Origin: Rhodospirillales bacterium
GTDB lineage: Bacteria; Pseudomonadota; Alphaproteobacteria; Bin95
Direction of reading: 5' to 3'
DNA: 58,087 nucleotides
Assembly: GCA_038143065.1 (NCBI GenBank)
Contig: JAYQLI010000044.1
Location: 1 to 58,087, forward strand
Shown piece after piece: positions 57,962 through 58,087 of the stretch; position 1 is the first letter of the stretch, and the number at the start of each line of letters is the position of its first letter. Below the pieces are notes generated by a model that worked only from the letters and a program-made list of their open reading frames with translations, did not search any database and was not told the origin of the DNA. The position numbers and the translations under genes were made by a program.

Positions 57962-58087
57962 TTTTAAAAACATTATTTTTATTATTTTTTTCATTATACT
58001 TTGGTTTGCCCTACCAGTTGAAGCGAAGGGCAAATAATTTTGTAACTGCCCCTATTATTGTTGATTTTGTCCTCAGAGTGTTATTTT

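Overview
Alphaproteobacterial DNA, probably marine and Rhodobacterales-like on the left, in three blocks. (1) 1-19.1 kb is GC-rich and almost error-free. It holds a SulP permease divergent from a complete homogentisate operon (hppD-hmgA-fahA-Rieske-maiA-bdhA-maiA-CoA transferase), a MarR regulator, and a cluster of three cytoplasmic Cys-type sulfatases, a TctCBA transporter, a Usp and a formylglycine-generating enzyme. A shared palindromic operator suggests one aryl-sulfate catabolic regulon. (2) 19.2-24.5 kb is the core of an integrative element: tyrosine integrase, AlpA, a conserved hypothetical, a stand-alone family A DNA polymerase and a small HTH-like gene. It ends at a 45-bp 3' fragment of tRNA-fMet (att site). 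(3) 24.4-58 kb is an AT-richer island that begins with an N-terminally truncated large serine recombinase whose last codons are the antisense of the tRNA fragment. It carries a K+ channel, a CASTOR/POLLUX-like channel, an SF2 helicase, an SH3/M48/TPR trio, and a large uncharacterised envelope cluster (MotA/ExbB-like, ExbD-like, two lytic transglycosylases, CsgG-like, lipoproteins). Inside that cluster is an apparent sigma-like / anti-sigma-like / membrane-anchored Lon-type protease triad. Nearly every gene after ~19.2 kb is broken by single-base indels, mostly in homopolymers and most likely long-read errors, so those coordinates are approximate and the proteins were stitched across frames by eye.
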